From the IMG/VR virus record IMGVR_UViG_3300032334_002567, positions 310,001-374,000 of that record: a stretch of DNA of 64,000 bases; one strand, 5' to 3'. Shown here in pieces: positions 1 to 8,331 of the stretch. The position numbers and the translations under genes are program-made. Position 1 is the stretch's first letter, and each line of letters opens with the position of its first letter. The notes under the pieces are model-generated. The model did no database searches. It worked only from the letters and a program-made list of their open reading frames with translations, and was not told the origin of the DNA.

Positions 1-1
1 C

Positions 2-226
2 AACAGTGCTTCCGGCCCTAGCTGGAATGAATGGAGCGGTGGAGATCCGGGTTCCTCGGCTTTCCTCGACATTCATGGTTGGTCTGTCGATTCGATCACG
101 GTCGGAAAGACTCTGGTTGATTATGACACTCTGCCTGAGGAAACTAAGAAAAAGATCGACGGTTTTATCGATAGCAGCTTCGATGACATCGAAGCTCAAA
201 TCTGGGCTTCAGTGAGCGATGGGTGA
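2..226 (+). CDS. Hypothetical protein, 5'-truncated (frame 2, ...SWNEWSGGDPGSSAFLDIHG...WASVSDG*)
   Basis: Open frame from the window edge to TGA 224-226; acidic composition like neighbouring genes; more plausible than track ORF 6..215. Confidence 0.55.
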   Translation, partial: NSASGPSWNEWSGGDPGSSAFLDIHGWSVDSITVGKTLVDYDTLPEETKKKIDGFIDSSFDDIEAQIWASVSDG

Positions 227-232
227 AGGGGC

Positions 233-260
233 TTGACAAACTAATTGTACCCTGTAAAAT
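233..260 (+). promoter_or_regulatory. Sigma70-like promoter TTGACA-N16-TAAAAT straddling the first repeat copy
   Basis: TTGACA 233-238, TAAAAT 255-260. Confidence 0.45.
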
Positions 261-285
261 GGAAGCAACACCCCCCGGAGATCCA

Positions 286-558
286 ATGATGACAAGCGTT
301 TATGCGAAGATTACTGGTCGTGGCGAGTTTCCAATGGATATGCTGCGGTATGACAGTTGCAGCCCTGCTACTGAGTCCGACAGCTATTTGATTGCTCGCA
401 CCTTTCATGACTTTGATAGGTGGGAGATTTTTGTGAAGTGCCGCCCGCTGGAGAAGAGGCGTTCTCCTTGGACGGTTGGCAGGTGGGAGAGCTTCGGTTG
501 CAAGATCGAAGAAATTGACTATCATCCGCCACTTACCCGCAACACACAGCTTGCCTAA
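286..558 (+). CDS. Hypothetical phage protein (FPMDMLRYD motif)
   Basis: GGAG then ATG 286 after a repeat copy; track ORF 223..558 trimmed. Confidence 0.75.
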   Translation: MMTSVYAKITGRGEFPMDMLRYDSCSPATESDSYLIARTFHDFDRWEIFVKCRPLEKRRSPWTVGRWESFGCKIEEIDYHPPLTRNTQLA

Positions 559-564
559 GCTGTT

Positions 565-647
565 GCCGAAGTGGTGAAATTGGCATACACGCCAGACTCA
601 AAATCTGGTGCCCAAAAGGCGTGTGGGTTCGACCCCCACCTTCGGCA
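565..647 (+). tRNA. trnL: tRNA-Leu (anticodon CAA), CCA not encoded
   Basis: Acceptor stem GCCGAAG/CTTCGGC, anticodon arm CCAGA-CTCAAAA-TCTGG, long variable arm, T-loop GGTTCGACCC. Confidence 0.95.
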
Positions 648-672
648 TATTTAAATTGTACCCTAACAAAAC

Positions 673-747
673 GTTCCGATGGTGCCAACGCATTCGCTAG
701 GTGTTGGGCTTGGGTAAATGGTTGCCTTCTCAACCAGCCAACGGAAC
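673..747 (+). ncRNA. Putative three-way-junction RNA / structured 5' leader
   Basis: P1 673-683/737-747, P2 685-691/701-707, P3 719-724/731-736; begins 7 nt after the repeat core. Confidence 0.55.
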
Positions 748-777
748 ACTGATCTTAACCCCAACGGAGATAACCAA

Positions 778-1035
778 ATGGATAACTATGTTCATTTTGA
801 TGGTGAGTACGCTGATATTCCTGAGCTTACCCAAGGTGCTATCTTGCGGTATGTGCTTCAAAAGATTCCCCCCGGCAGTTTTCTGACGGCGGTTCTTTGC
901 AATGACCTCTATAACGCAACGGGTAGGGCAGATGCAAATAATCTGGTAGCTCTGCCTCTTATCGTGCGATGGTTTGCTAACAAGTGTCCGCATCTTTACG
1001 GTGCAGATAATATGTACAAGTACCTCGGCACCTAA
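778..1035 (+). CDS. Hypothetical phage protein (IPPGSFLTAVLCNDL motif)
   Basis: CCCCAACGGAG leader then ATG 778. Confidence 0.8.
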   Translation: MDNYVHFDGEYADIPELTQGAILRYVLQKIPPGSFLTAVLCNDLYNATGRADANNLVALPLIVRWFANKCPHLYGADNMYKYLGT

Positions 1036-1088
1036 ATAAAAATTGTACCCTATAAAGTTGTCCTTCTAACCCCCAACGGAGCTAACTT

Positions 1089-1400
1089 ATGCGTTATGCT
1101 GATTCCCGCTGTGAGATGATCGAAACTTACCAGCCTGATCACACCTACACCTTTGTCGGCCCGTGCATCGTGACCGGCAAGGAGCAGCGTGTCACGGTCA
1201 AAGCTCCCGACCTTTTCAAGTATCGGACGGGAGCATATGTTCAGGACGCTTTCCCCTACCTTGATGCCGCTGATCGTGAGTTTCTCATGACCGGCATGAG
1301 TGCAGAAGGTTGGCTTTTGACCTTCGGTGACGGTGCGGAAGACGATGAAGATTATGAAGATGATTGGGATGATGATGGAGAGCTTGGGGATCGGGATTGA
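1089..1400 (+). CDS. Hypothetical phage protein (QDAFPYL..DREFLMTG motif), acidic tail
   Basis: Repeat module and RBS upstream; stop abuts the next repeat. Confidence 0.8.
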   Translation: MRYADSRCEMIETYQPDHTYTFVGPCIVTGKEQRVTVKAPDLFKYRTGAYVQDAFPYLDAADREFLMTGMSAEGWLLTFGDGAEDDEDYEDDWDDDGELGDRD

Positions 1401-1440
1401 TTTGTACCCTAACTCTAACTCTACTCCCAAAGGATTATCT

Positions 1441-1902
1441 ATGACAGTTCACGATAAGATGTGCACACCTAGTGGCTTACAGGAATTGGCAAAAGAATGG
1501 TGGGACTGTCTTGTCTCTGATGAGCTAGCTTTGAGCCTAAGTACAGCTTATATAAAAGCAACTGAAGGATTCGAACCTGAAGCGGGCTCGTTCTCTGTTC
1601 CTTGTCTATGCTCCTCCGGCACAGGCCAGATTGTTTGGTTGAAAAACAGAATCAATGATTTGAATCTATTGCCCGTAGGCGAAGCACGAATGCACGACGA
1701 TATCCCAGCTGTTACAACAGCTGTATTGCATGTAGGTTTTTTGTCTGTGTTCGAAACAGAAGAAATGGTTTGCCGATTACGCAACGAGCCTCTACGTCAA
1801 AATTGTGAAAACCCAGCAAGGTCGAAGATGTTTGCGACAGCTCAAAAGCAGGATGTGGCTCCGATAGATCGTACTGCGTCAATCGTTTCTAGATCAAATT
1901 GA
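1441..1902 (+). CDS. Hypothetical protein
   Basis: AAGGA RBS then ATG 1441 after the repeat at 1400. Confidence 0.65.
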   Translation: MTVHDKMCTPSGLQELAKEWWDCLVSDELALSLSTAYIKATEGFEPEAGSFSVPCLCSSGTGQIVWLKNRINDLNLLPVGEARMHDDIPAVTTAVLHVGFLSVFETEEMVCRLRNEPLRQNCENPARSKMFATAQKQDVAPIDRTASIVSRSN

Positions 1903-2096
1903 TTTGGGAGTATCAAATGTCAATGAAAGTTTCTGAACTATCTGATTGGATCAAAACTCTTGAAAAAGATGATGTAGTCTGGATAGATGAGGGTGGACTA
2001 AACCTAGAAACTAAGGATGGAGCCTATCTGGAACTAGGCGGCAAAGTAGAGTTCTACGACGAAGATGATGACCCAAAAGGATTCTGGAGTAAATAA
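1899..2096 (+). CDS. Hypothetical protein
   Basis: Overlaps the upstream stop; start could be ATG 1917. Confidence 0.55.
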   Translation: MIWEYQMSMKVSELSDWIKTLEKDDVVWIDEGGLNLETKDGAYLELGGKVEFYDEDDDPKGFWSK

Positions 2097-2098
2097 CA

Positions 2099-2257
2099 AT
2101 GACTAAGCCTTACTTGGTGATCAAAAACAACTGCGCCATTGGTGTTGTTTTTGCTGGGAGTGAAACCGATGCACTCGTTATCGCTTGTGAAGCATATTGC
2201 GATGGCGTGACTGTAGAGTTGAGCCGTCAAAGTGGTCTAAGATCAGTAGGAGTATAA
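2099..2257 (+). CDS. Small hypothetical protein (52 aa)
   Basis: ATG 2099 to TAA 2257 fills the gap between adjacent genes. Confidence 0.5.
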   Translation: MTKPYLVIKNNCAIGVVFAGSETDALVIACEAYCDGVTVELSRQSGLRSVGV

Positions 2258-2260
2258 CCT

Positions 2261-2566
2261 ATGGAATGGATTAGTTTTTTCGGGCCACGTCGTCCAATCA
2301 ACGGACAAAAGATTTTCTATTACGGTGAGTGCATCGGTGTTTGGAGCGGAAATTACAGCTTAGACTGGAATGATCCAGTTAGCCCCCATCGGATAATTTG
2401 TGGGGAAAAAAGCAATGATGAAGTCTTAGCCGAATATGGTTTGAACAATCTGACTATGATTGTAGACCGTATGGATGCACCGTGGTGGATGCCTGACGAG
2501 GGACAGGAAAAGCCCAAAAAGCCAGAAACCGACTACCCAAAGGATTATCCAAGTCGAGAGGGCTAA
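2261..2566 (+). CDS. Hypothetical protein
   Basis: AGGAG RBS; ORF track. Confidence 0.7.
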   Translation: MEWISFFGPRRPINGQKIFYYGECIGVWSGNYSLDWNDPVSPHRIICGEKSNDEVLAEYGLNNLTMIVDRMDAPWWMPDEGQEKPKKPETDYPKDYPSREG

Positions 2567-2654
2567 ATAAAACCATTGTACCCTAAAAGGTCGTTACCCC
2601 ATTTGCACTTGAACGACTAATTCCTAAAATCTAAAATATAAGGGGAGAATAAAA

Positions 2655-2855
2655 ATGCAAAAGTTTATTTTTACAAACGTGAAGATCGAATACTTTGATT
2701 GTGAATGCTGCAAAGGTATGAAACCACCAGCAACCACAGTTTCAGAAGGGCCATTTGAGATAATGGCTCCAATTGGCATCAAACCAGAAAACATCGTAAA
2801 TGAGTTTTTTGGCGAGCCGGGACGAGTCATTGATTTCGAATGTCAAATTACCTAA
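2655..2855 (+). CDS. Hypothetical protein
   Basis: GGGGAG RBS; ORF track. Confidence 0.65.
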   Translation: MQKFIFTNVKIEYFDCECCKGMKPPATTVSEGPFEIMAPIGIKPENIVNEFFGEPGRVIDFECQIT

Positions 2856-2878
2856 TTCATCATTATTGACATTCAAGC

Positions 2879-2912
2879 AGACCCTTGAGATAAATCTCAG
2901 GGGTCTATTTTT
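2879..2912 (+). terminator. Rho-independent terminator
   Basis: AGACCCTTGAGA-TAAA-TCTCAGGGGTCT followed by a T-rich tract. Confidence 0.75.
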
Positions 2913-2935
2913 ATTTGTACCCTAAGGAGAATATC

Positions 2936-3229
2936 ATGTACAAACTATTTATCGATGATGTTCGTGACGCCCCGGATAGCCTCTGGACGGTGTGCAGATC
3001 ATCACATCAGGCTATTGAGCATATCAAGATTTATGGTATGCCAGCCCTTATCAGCTTTGACCATGACTTGGGCGGAGAAGACACCACCATGCTTTTCCTC
3101 CGTAGACTTGTGAACGAGCTTTGGGACGGTAAAACACCACCACCCAATTACAGAGTTCATTCTGCGAATCCTGTTGGCAGCGAAAATATCAAAAGCTTTA
3201 TGGAGAGTTGGAAAAAGTCGATTGAATAA
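2936..3229 (+). CDS. Cyclic-phosphate-processing receiver (cREC-type) domain protein
   Basis: KLFIDDVR, ISFDHDLG and VHSANPVG motifs. Confidence 0.8.
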   Translation: MYKLFIDDVRDAPDSLWTVCRSSHQAIEHIKIYGMPALISFDHDLGGEDTTMLFLRRLVNELWDGKTPPPNYRVHSANPVGSENIKSFMESWKKSIE

Positions 3230-3338
3230 ACTCTAAGGAGAGAGAAATGTCTAAGTTGACTCTTGGCGATAAGATTCTTTTCACTGCGTGTTTTATTGCT
3301 GGCTGTTTTGTTGTTTATCTAATCAACTAAGGAATAAA

Positions 3339-3605
3339 ATGACTGAGCTTTTTACCGACATTGCTATTGTTGTTATGTATCTTGGAACTGCTTTGGCGCT
3401 TTGTGCATTTGTTGGAATTGTTCTTCGGGTTGGTGATTTGGGATTTTGGTGCTTTGGGAAACTTGACGAATATCTGCAAGATAGGCATTTTGAGAAGCTC
3501 AGGAAGTCTTGGGAAAAGAATTGTACCCTAAAAGATTGTTCTAAACCCCAACGGAGTTCTTATGTCAATTCATATAACCAACTTTGTTCGACGCCAGACT
3601 GCTGA
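3339..3605 (+). CDS. Hypothetical membrane protein whose 3' end reads through the repeat at 3519
   Basis: N-terminal hydrophobic helix; AAGGA RBS. Confidence 0.55.
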   Translation: MTELFTDIAIVVMYLGTALALCAFVGIVLRVGDLGFWCFGKLDEYLQDRHFEKLRKSWEKNCTLKDCSKPQRSSYVNSYNQLCSTPDC

Positions 3606-4119
3606 AAGCCATTTCTCGCATTGGACGATCAGTGACGAGGAACTTATCTTTTGTGTTAGCCAGAACATGGACAGGGCTCATAAGGGATACCGGGATGGAG
3701 TTATTCTTGTCCCGATTAGTCCCGAAGGCTTTTTCAGTGCTGTGGCTGAATTGCAGATCAATGACACTCTGAATGGTTCTTTTTCTTGCCGTCGAGCTGG
3801 CGAGGAACCACGAAAAAGTGTCTTTATGATTGGTGAGAAGGTTCCCGCCCAAACAGTCTGGGTTGTTTTATACGCTCATCACGTTCTTGCTGAAAAGAAT
3901 GAAAACGAGAGCGATGCCGATTATGAAATTGTGAGCATCAACACCAGTCCTAGTGTTGATCAAAAGCCTGCTCCTATGCCGCCGGAAACGCTTATTGCTA
4001 ATCACTTTGAGCTTTCTGGGGGAACTGCAACAAATATGACCGATAGCGAGTTTGTTGCATCGCTGCGTGAAAGTGTGATGTATTGGAAAGATAAAGTTCA
4101 GGTTCAGCCTAACCTCTAA
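3562..4119 (+). CDS. DUF3228-family protein
   Basis: GYRDGVILVP, RRAGEEPR, VVLY.HHVL.E.NE, YEIVSIN and PM.PET....GGT motifs. Confidence 0.75.
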   Translation: MSIHITNFVRRQTAESHFSHWTISDEELIFCVSQNMDRAHKGYRDGVILVPISPEGFFSAVAELQINDTLNGSFSCRRAGEEPRKSVFMIGEKVPAQTVWVVLYAHHVLAEKNENESDADYEIVSINTSPSVDQKPAPMPPETLIANHFELSGGTATNMTDSEFVASLRESVMYWKDKVQVQPNL

Positions 4120-4128
4120 AGGAATAAC

Positions 4129-4401
4129 ATGAGAAGCACAACATTGCCTCTTTTTGAAAAGTGGTACGCAACAGCAACACCAGAGCAAATTGAGTTTGTT
4201 GATCAGGTTTATGCTATTTGTGAAGAAAACTACGAAAAGGGTGGAGATAGAATTGTTGAGTGCTATGGGCCAGAGGAAATCATCGAAGATTTCAATACAA
4301 TAGCTGAAGTTCGAGAGCACTGCAATTTGATGGTTGAGCAAGAGCTAAATGCCCGTTGGGGCGAAGATGATGACCCAGAGTTGAGTCGTGGCAAGTGGTG
4401 A
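4129..4401 (+). CDS. Hypothetical acidic protein
   Basis: AAAGGA RBS; ORF track. Confidence 0.75.
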   Translation: MRSTTLPLFEKWYATATPEQIEFVDQVYAICEENYEKGGDRIVECYGPEEIIEDFNTIAEVREHCNLMVEQELNARWGEDDDPELSRGKW

Positions 4402-4459
4402 GTTCTAAATAAATTGTACCCTAACAGGTTGTTCCGAATCACCCCTAACGGAGACAATC

Positions 4460-5023
4460 ATGTCTTACGAGAACGCTCCCCAGACGATTATGCTGGCGAC
4501 CAATTGCTGCTGCTGTGGTCGTCCGCTTTGCGATGCCATCTCTGTTGAGCTTGGTATCGGCCCGGAGTGCCGTGGTGGAAACAACGGTACTCTGACCGAG
4601 GAGCAGCGGCGTGAGTGCAACCAGCTTACACATGCTGCTGCCCTTGCGGCTCAGGAAGGAAAGATCGAAAACGTCCGATGGTGTTCGGAAGCTATTCGTG
4701 AGCTTGGCTTGCCAGAGCTTGCGGATAAGGTGGCTCACCGCTTTGTGAATGCAGAGCGGACGGCGAAGATCACCATTCGGATGGAGGACGGTATGCTCCT
4801 CGTCACTACGCCTTACAAGCGTTCGATGAAGGATGAGTTTACCGCCGCTTGGCGTAATGTCCCCGGTCGGCGGTGGGTTAGCCGGAAGCGGTGCAATGCG
4901 GTGCCTGTGAGCAGCAAGCCCCACTTGTGGGCTTTGCTCAAGCGGTTCTTCCCCGGCGAGTTCGGCATGGGCCCGAATGGGGTGTTCAGGGTTCCTGCCG
5001 AAAGCAAGAACGCCGCCGCATAG
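4460..5023 (+). CDS. DUF6011-like Zn-finger protein, C-terminus ...KNAAA
   Basis: C..CGRPL.D.IS.ELGIGPEC motif. Confidence 0.75.
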   Translation: MSYENAPQTIMLATNCCCCGRPLCDAISVELGIGPECRGGNNGTLTEEQRRECNQLTHAAALAAQEGKIENVRWCSEAIRELGLPELADKVAHRFVNAERTAKITIRMEDGMLLVTTPYKRSMKDEFTAAWRNVPGRRWVSRKRCNAVPVSSKPHLWALLKRFFPGEFGMGPNGVFRVPAESKNAAA

Positions 5024-5027
5024 CATC

Positions 5028-5068
5028 CAAACGGGGCGGGAGTGAAAATAATCCTCCCGCCCCGTTTG
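5028..5068 (+). repeat. GC hairpin (GGGGCGGG family), no U-tract
   Basis: 15-bp perfect stem CAAACGGGGCGGGAG/CTCCCGCCCCGTTTG. Confidence 0.8.
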
Positions 5069-5107
5069 TGATAAGTGATAAATCCCTTTACTCTTCTTTT
5101 GTGAATA

Positions 5108-5281
5108 ATGGAAAATATAAATTCTGTAGATACGATCAAAGAAATTGCAAGCCGTTTTTCTTGTATTCCCTTGAATGATATGACTTTTGCCGAAAAGGAC
5201 GTAGCAAATCTTTTGCTTGAAAAAGGATTTCTAACAATCGGTATAGATCATTGCGGTAAAAGAGTTTTTCATACTCTATAA
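5108..5281 (+). CDS. Small AT-rich hypothetical protein (57 aa)
   Basis: ATG 5108 to TAA 5281, ending just before a repeat copy. Confidence 0.5.
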   Translation: MENINSVDTIKEIASRFSCIPLNDMTFAEKDVANLLLEKGFLTIGIDHCGKRVFHTL

Positions 5282-5329
5282 AATAATTGTACCCTAGAAA
5301 GTTGTTCGATCCCACTCAAAGGAGTTGAC

Positions 5330-5455
5330 ATGGATCCCAACTACGACTTCTTTCTGGACTTCACGCAGGACTTGCAGAACGACGCAGAGTATAACGCTTG
5401 GCTCGACGAGCAGGAGCTTTACTCGCAACAGCAGGAAATGCCCGAAGACTTCTAA
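5330..5455 (+). CDS. Small acidic protein (41 aa)
   Basis: AAAGGAG RBS after the repeat at 5285. Confidence 0.65.
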   Translation: MDPNYDFFLDFTQDLQNDAEYNAWLDEQELYSQQQEMPEDF

Positions 5456-5615
5456 TTTCCTTCTAACCAACGGAGCTTTACCAGTGGTGTAAATACGAGG
5501 TTTTGGCGACAAGAGCCTCATCCAAGTCGCCCTAGGGCAGTCAGGCCACTGTCCTAGATTGTTTTTATTGTACCCTAGTAAGTTGTTCAATCCCAACCAT
5601 CAACCGGAGCTAACC

Positions 5616-5771
5616 ATGACCAGCTTTCTTCTGACTGTGAGCAGCTTTCTCGTTTCTGCCGCCCAAACGCCCTATCTGGACGGCTACTTTGCTGGTGCTG
5701 TGGCTATCGCCGTAACGATTGCGGTGAATGCTATTGTCATTGACTGCATCTACCGCTTCGGTACAAAGTAA
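5616..5771 (+). CDS. Small membrane protein
   Basis: CCGGAG RBS; hydrophobic segment; stop overlaps the next repeat. Confidence 0.65.
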   Translation: MTSFLLTVSSFLVSAAQTPYLDGYFAGAVAIAVTIAVNAIVIDCIYRFGTK

Positions 5772-5819
5772 TTTGTACCCTATAGAAGTGTTCAATCCTA
5801 ACCCCAACGGAGTTTCACG

Positions 5820-6164
5820 ATGAAGTGCATTAGCAATACTTTGGTGATTACTGCCGATATTTGGGAAGATCCGGGTGACTACCCTAATTCCCTTGCCGGT
5901 GGCCCGCTTCCCAGCCACTCTTACATTGAATCCAGCGGTGAACTGGTGCTGGAAGCTGAGAATAACGAGGAACTCGAAAGTTTCGACGCCCTAAACGATT
6001 GGTTCTCTGACTGGATTCATTGTGGTGCAGAGGCCAGCACTATAGGTGCATACGTTGATGTCCCCAGTTATTGGCATATTGACTGGGAGTTCAAAGTGGA
6101 GGGAAACATTCTCACCGTGACGGTCGGTGATGATTGTGAAGCTAACGAGCCAGATTATGATTAA
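5820..6164 (+). CDS. Hypothetical acidic protein
   Basis: Repeat module upstream; stop overlaps the next repeat. Confidence 0.8.
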   Translation: MKCISNTLVITADIWEDPGDYPNSLAGGPLPSHSYIESSGELVLEAENNEELESFDALNDWFSDWIHCGAEASTIGAYVDVPSYWHIDWEFKVEGNILTVTVGDDCEANEPDYD

Positions 6165-6211
6165 TTGTACCCTAACAGGTTGTTCTGATTTCCTCTAAAA
6201 CGGAGAGACAA

Positions 6212-6370
6212 ATGAACTGTTGGAAAAAGGCGTGGAATTGCTGCCTCAAAAACAAGGGCAGTGCAAAGGGCCGCAAAGAACTCAAGCGGGCCAACCATCG
6301 TGCCAACCGCCGTGTCGGTAAGAAGCTGGATAATGTTCACATTCGTCTGAACGGCTGGGACGTTATCTAA
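6212..6370 (+). CDS. Small basic protein (52 aa, MNCWKKAW...)
   Basis: CGGAG RBS; stop abuts the repeat at 6371. Confidence 0.7.
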   Translation: MNCWKKAWNCCLKNKGSAKGRKELKRANHRANRRVGKKLDNVHIRLNGWDVI

Positions 6371-6413
6371 AATTGTACCCTAACAAGTTGTTCGATCCTC
6401 ACCCCAACGGAGA

Positions 6414-6728
6414 ATGACCATGGCAATGTGCGAAGACTTCCCTTGTTGCGGACACGAGCCGGGATGCTGCCCCCGGTTCGATGAGAGCGGTCGGCAGTTG
6501 GATATGGTCTGCACTTGCGGTGCCAGACTGCCGGTTCACAATCGGTACAGTATTTGCGACCGTTGCCTTCGCATGGACGAAGACGGTTGCTATGACGACG
6601 ATTGTGAAACCTACGATGACGATGACTGCGAGGAAGACGACTGTGACGATGCCGATTGCGGTATCGAAGATCAGTTCCTCGACAGTTTCATGGAAGACCG
6701 CCTCAGTGGCGGCTTTTGTGAAGAATGA
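6414..6728 (+). CDS. Cys-rich (Zn-binding?) protein with acidic tail
   Basis: CEDFPCCGH, CTCG and C..C motifs. Confidence 0.75.
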   Translation: MTMAMCEDFPCCGHEPGCCPRFDESGRQLDMVCTCGARLPVHNRYSICDRCLRMDEDGCYDDDCETYDDDDCEEDDCDDADCGIEDQFLDSFMEDRLSGGFCEE

Positions 6729-6781
6729 AACACGGTTGCCGGGGCGGGTTGAGACTAACTCCCCGCCCCGGCCCGTTGGGG
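6729..6781 (+). repeat. AACACGG-GC hairpin-CCGTTGGGG element (copy A)
   Basis: Near-identical to the elements at 9689 and 11937. Confidence 0.85.
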
Positions 6782-6803
6782 CTTTCAAACAAGGAGACAA
6801 GTA

Positions 6804-7019
6804 ATGTCTGTATATTTCAACAAGCAAATGGCTAATCTTATCAACGTCTATGTCAAGTGTCCTACCAGTGGTCGAACGCTGGACGCAGATAGGCACGATG
6901 ACAAAGTATTGTGCAACTGCCCAGAGGCTATGAGCCGGGGCGGTACCCATATTGTTTCAAAGTGTGAACCGTCAACGGTCGAACAGTTCATGGTAGAAAA
7001 CAATTTTACAGAGAACTAA
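6804..7019 (+). CDS. Small Cys-containing hypothetical protein
   Basis: AGGAG RBS; ORF track. Confidence 0.7.
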   Translation: MSVYFNKQMANLINVYVKCPTSGRTLDADRHDDKVLCNCPEAMSRGGTHIVSKCEPSTVEQFMVENNFTEN

Positions 7020-7028
7020 AACCCACCT

Positions 7029-7066
7029 TAGGGTACAAATAAAGTAATTAAAATAATTGTACCCTA
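7029..7066. repeat. Inverted pair TAGGGTACAA-N18-TTGTACCCTA
   Basis: Direct reading of the sequence. Confidence 0.9.
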
Positions 7067-7102
7067 GAAAAGTGTTCGATAACCCCCAACGGAGAATCCC
7101 TC

Positions 7103-7333
7103 ATGCCAGTCGAAGTTCACACCAGCGGTTCTGTTTCTTATACCGGTGAAGACGGCGTAGCTCTTTTCCGTCTCATTACTCTTCACTCTGCCCTGCGCCT
7201 TCAGGCCACCACCGGCATGAAAGCGTCAAGGATCAGTGCTGTGGCTTGTGCCAAGCGACTTGGCTATACAGGCCGCACCGCAAAGGCTCTGCTTGCAGAC
7301 ATCGAACGGAAGCACCCTGAGCTGAAGAAGTAA
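7103..7333 (+). CDS. Hypothetical protein
   Basis: Repeat module upstream; stop overlaps the next repeat. Confidence 0.8.
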   Translation: MPVEVHTSGSVSYTGEDGVALFRLITLHSALRLQATTGMKASRISAVACAKRLGYTGRTAKALLADIERKHPELKK

Positions 7334-7378
7334 ATTGTACCCTAGTTAATCGTTCGACACCCCCAACAAGAGGATGCA

Positions 7379-7582
7379 ATGAGTAACATCGAAGACAAGA
7401 TGGAAGCAATCGAAAAGTGGCGCAATGACAATTTGTGCTTTCTCGACGGCCAGCCTGCAAAGATTGTGGGTTGGAAAGAAAAGTTTCCAATCGTGAGCCA
7501 AATCGACGGCCCTCTTGCTTTTGAGTGGTCGTGGGCCGCTGTCAACAGGATCATGTCCGGTGATCGACAGTTCAAGAGCTAG
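7379..7582 (+). CDS. Hypothetical protein
   Basis: Repeat module and GAGGA RBS. Confidence 0.8.
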   Translation: MSNIEDKMEAIEKWRNDNLCFLDGQPAKIVGWKEKFPIVSQIDGPLAFEWSWAAVNRIMSGDRQFKS

Positions 7583-7624
7583 ATCATTTGTACCCTATTA
7601 AAGCGTTCAACACCCCAACGGAGA

Positions 7625-7957
7625 ATGATCATGGAATACACCGAAGCCCTCAAAGTTCTTGGCAAGCGTGATTCGAAGAAAGTCGGAAACAACACCTACA
7701 TGATCCGGCTGGGTTCGGACATCGGTATTCGACTTCACAACACCGTTGTGGTGACCATCCATCCCGACAATACCTACACACTCAATAGCGGTGGATGGCA
7801 GACAGTGACAACAAAGGATCGGATCAACCAGTATTCACCGGTTCGTGTGTATCAATCAAAAAGCGTTTGGTATGTCGGTCAAGGCGAGCTGTTTTACGAC
7901 AACATGAAAGTCGGTGTCGTTTGCGGTGAGCCGCTAGCTTTAGGAATTGTACCCTAG
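7625..7957 (+). CDS. Hypothetical phage protein (TLNSGGW.T.TTK.RIN motif); stop TAG lies inside the repeat
   Basis: Repeat module upstream; 3' end reads GGAATTGTACCCTAG. Confidence 0.8.
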   Translation: MIMEYTEALKVLGKRDSKKVGNNTYMIRLGSDIGIRLHNTVVVTIHPDNTYTLNSGGWQTVTTKDRINQYSPVRVYQSKSVWYVGQGELFYDNMKVGVVCGEPLALGIVP

Positions 7958-7996
7958 TAGGTTGTGTAACCACCCCCAACGGAGTTGTGAAAAAAC

Positions 7997-8278
7997 ATGA
8001 TGAACTACAGCGGTTGTAACAGCTGGATCTACATCTACGCCATCGGTGGCAATTGGAACCCCGGCCCCAGCGGTGACGAGTTCGTGGGCTGTGCCTACGA
8101 CGCCTCCACTGCCCTCAGCCTGCTCGACTTGGTCGAGTTGAAGGGTGGCTATGCCGTCAGCCTGCACGGTGACAACCTGCATACGCTCAATGCCGTCAGC
8201 GGCGAGTGTGGTGTGCGGGAAGCCCGTATCATGTTCAAGCTCTGGAAAGAGAAAGAGGCGGTCGTTGTCGCTGGGTAA
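7997..8278 (+). CDS. Hypothetical protein
   Basis: Repeat module upstream. Confidence 0.75.
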   Translation: MMNYSGCNSWIYIYAIGGNWNPGPSGDEFVGCAYDASTALSLLDLVELKGGYAVSLHGDNLHTLNAVSGECGVREARIMFKLWKEKEAVVVAG

Positions 8279-8331
8279 CAATAAATAAATTGTACCCTAA
8301 AAGAGTGTTCGATCCCAACGGAGAAGCGATC

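Noticed and set aside
6-215. Track ORF 6..215
   Set aside because: The overlapping frame 2..226 gives a more protein-like acidic sequence that ends just before the next promoter.
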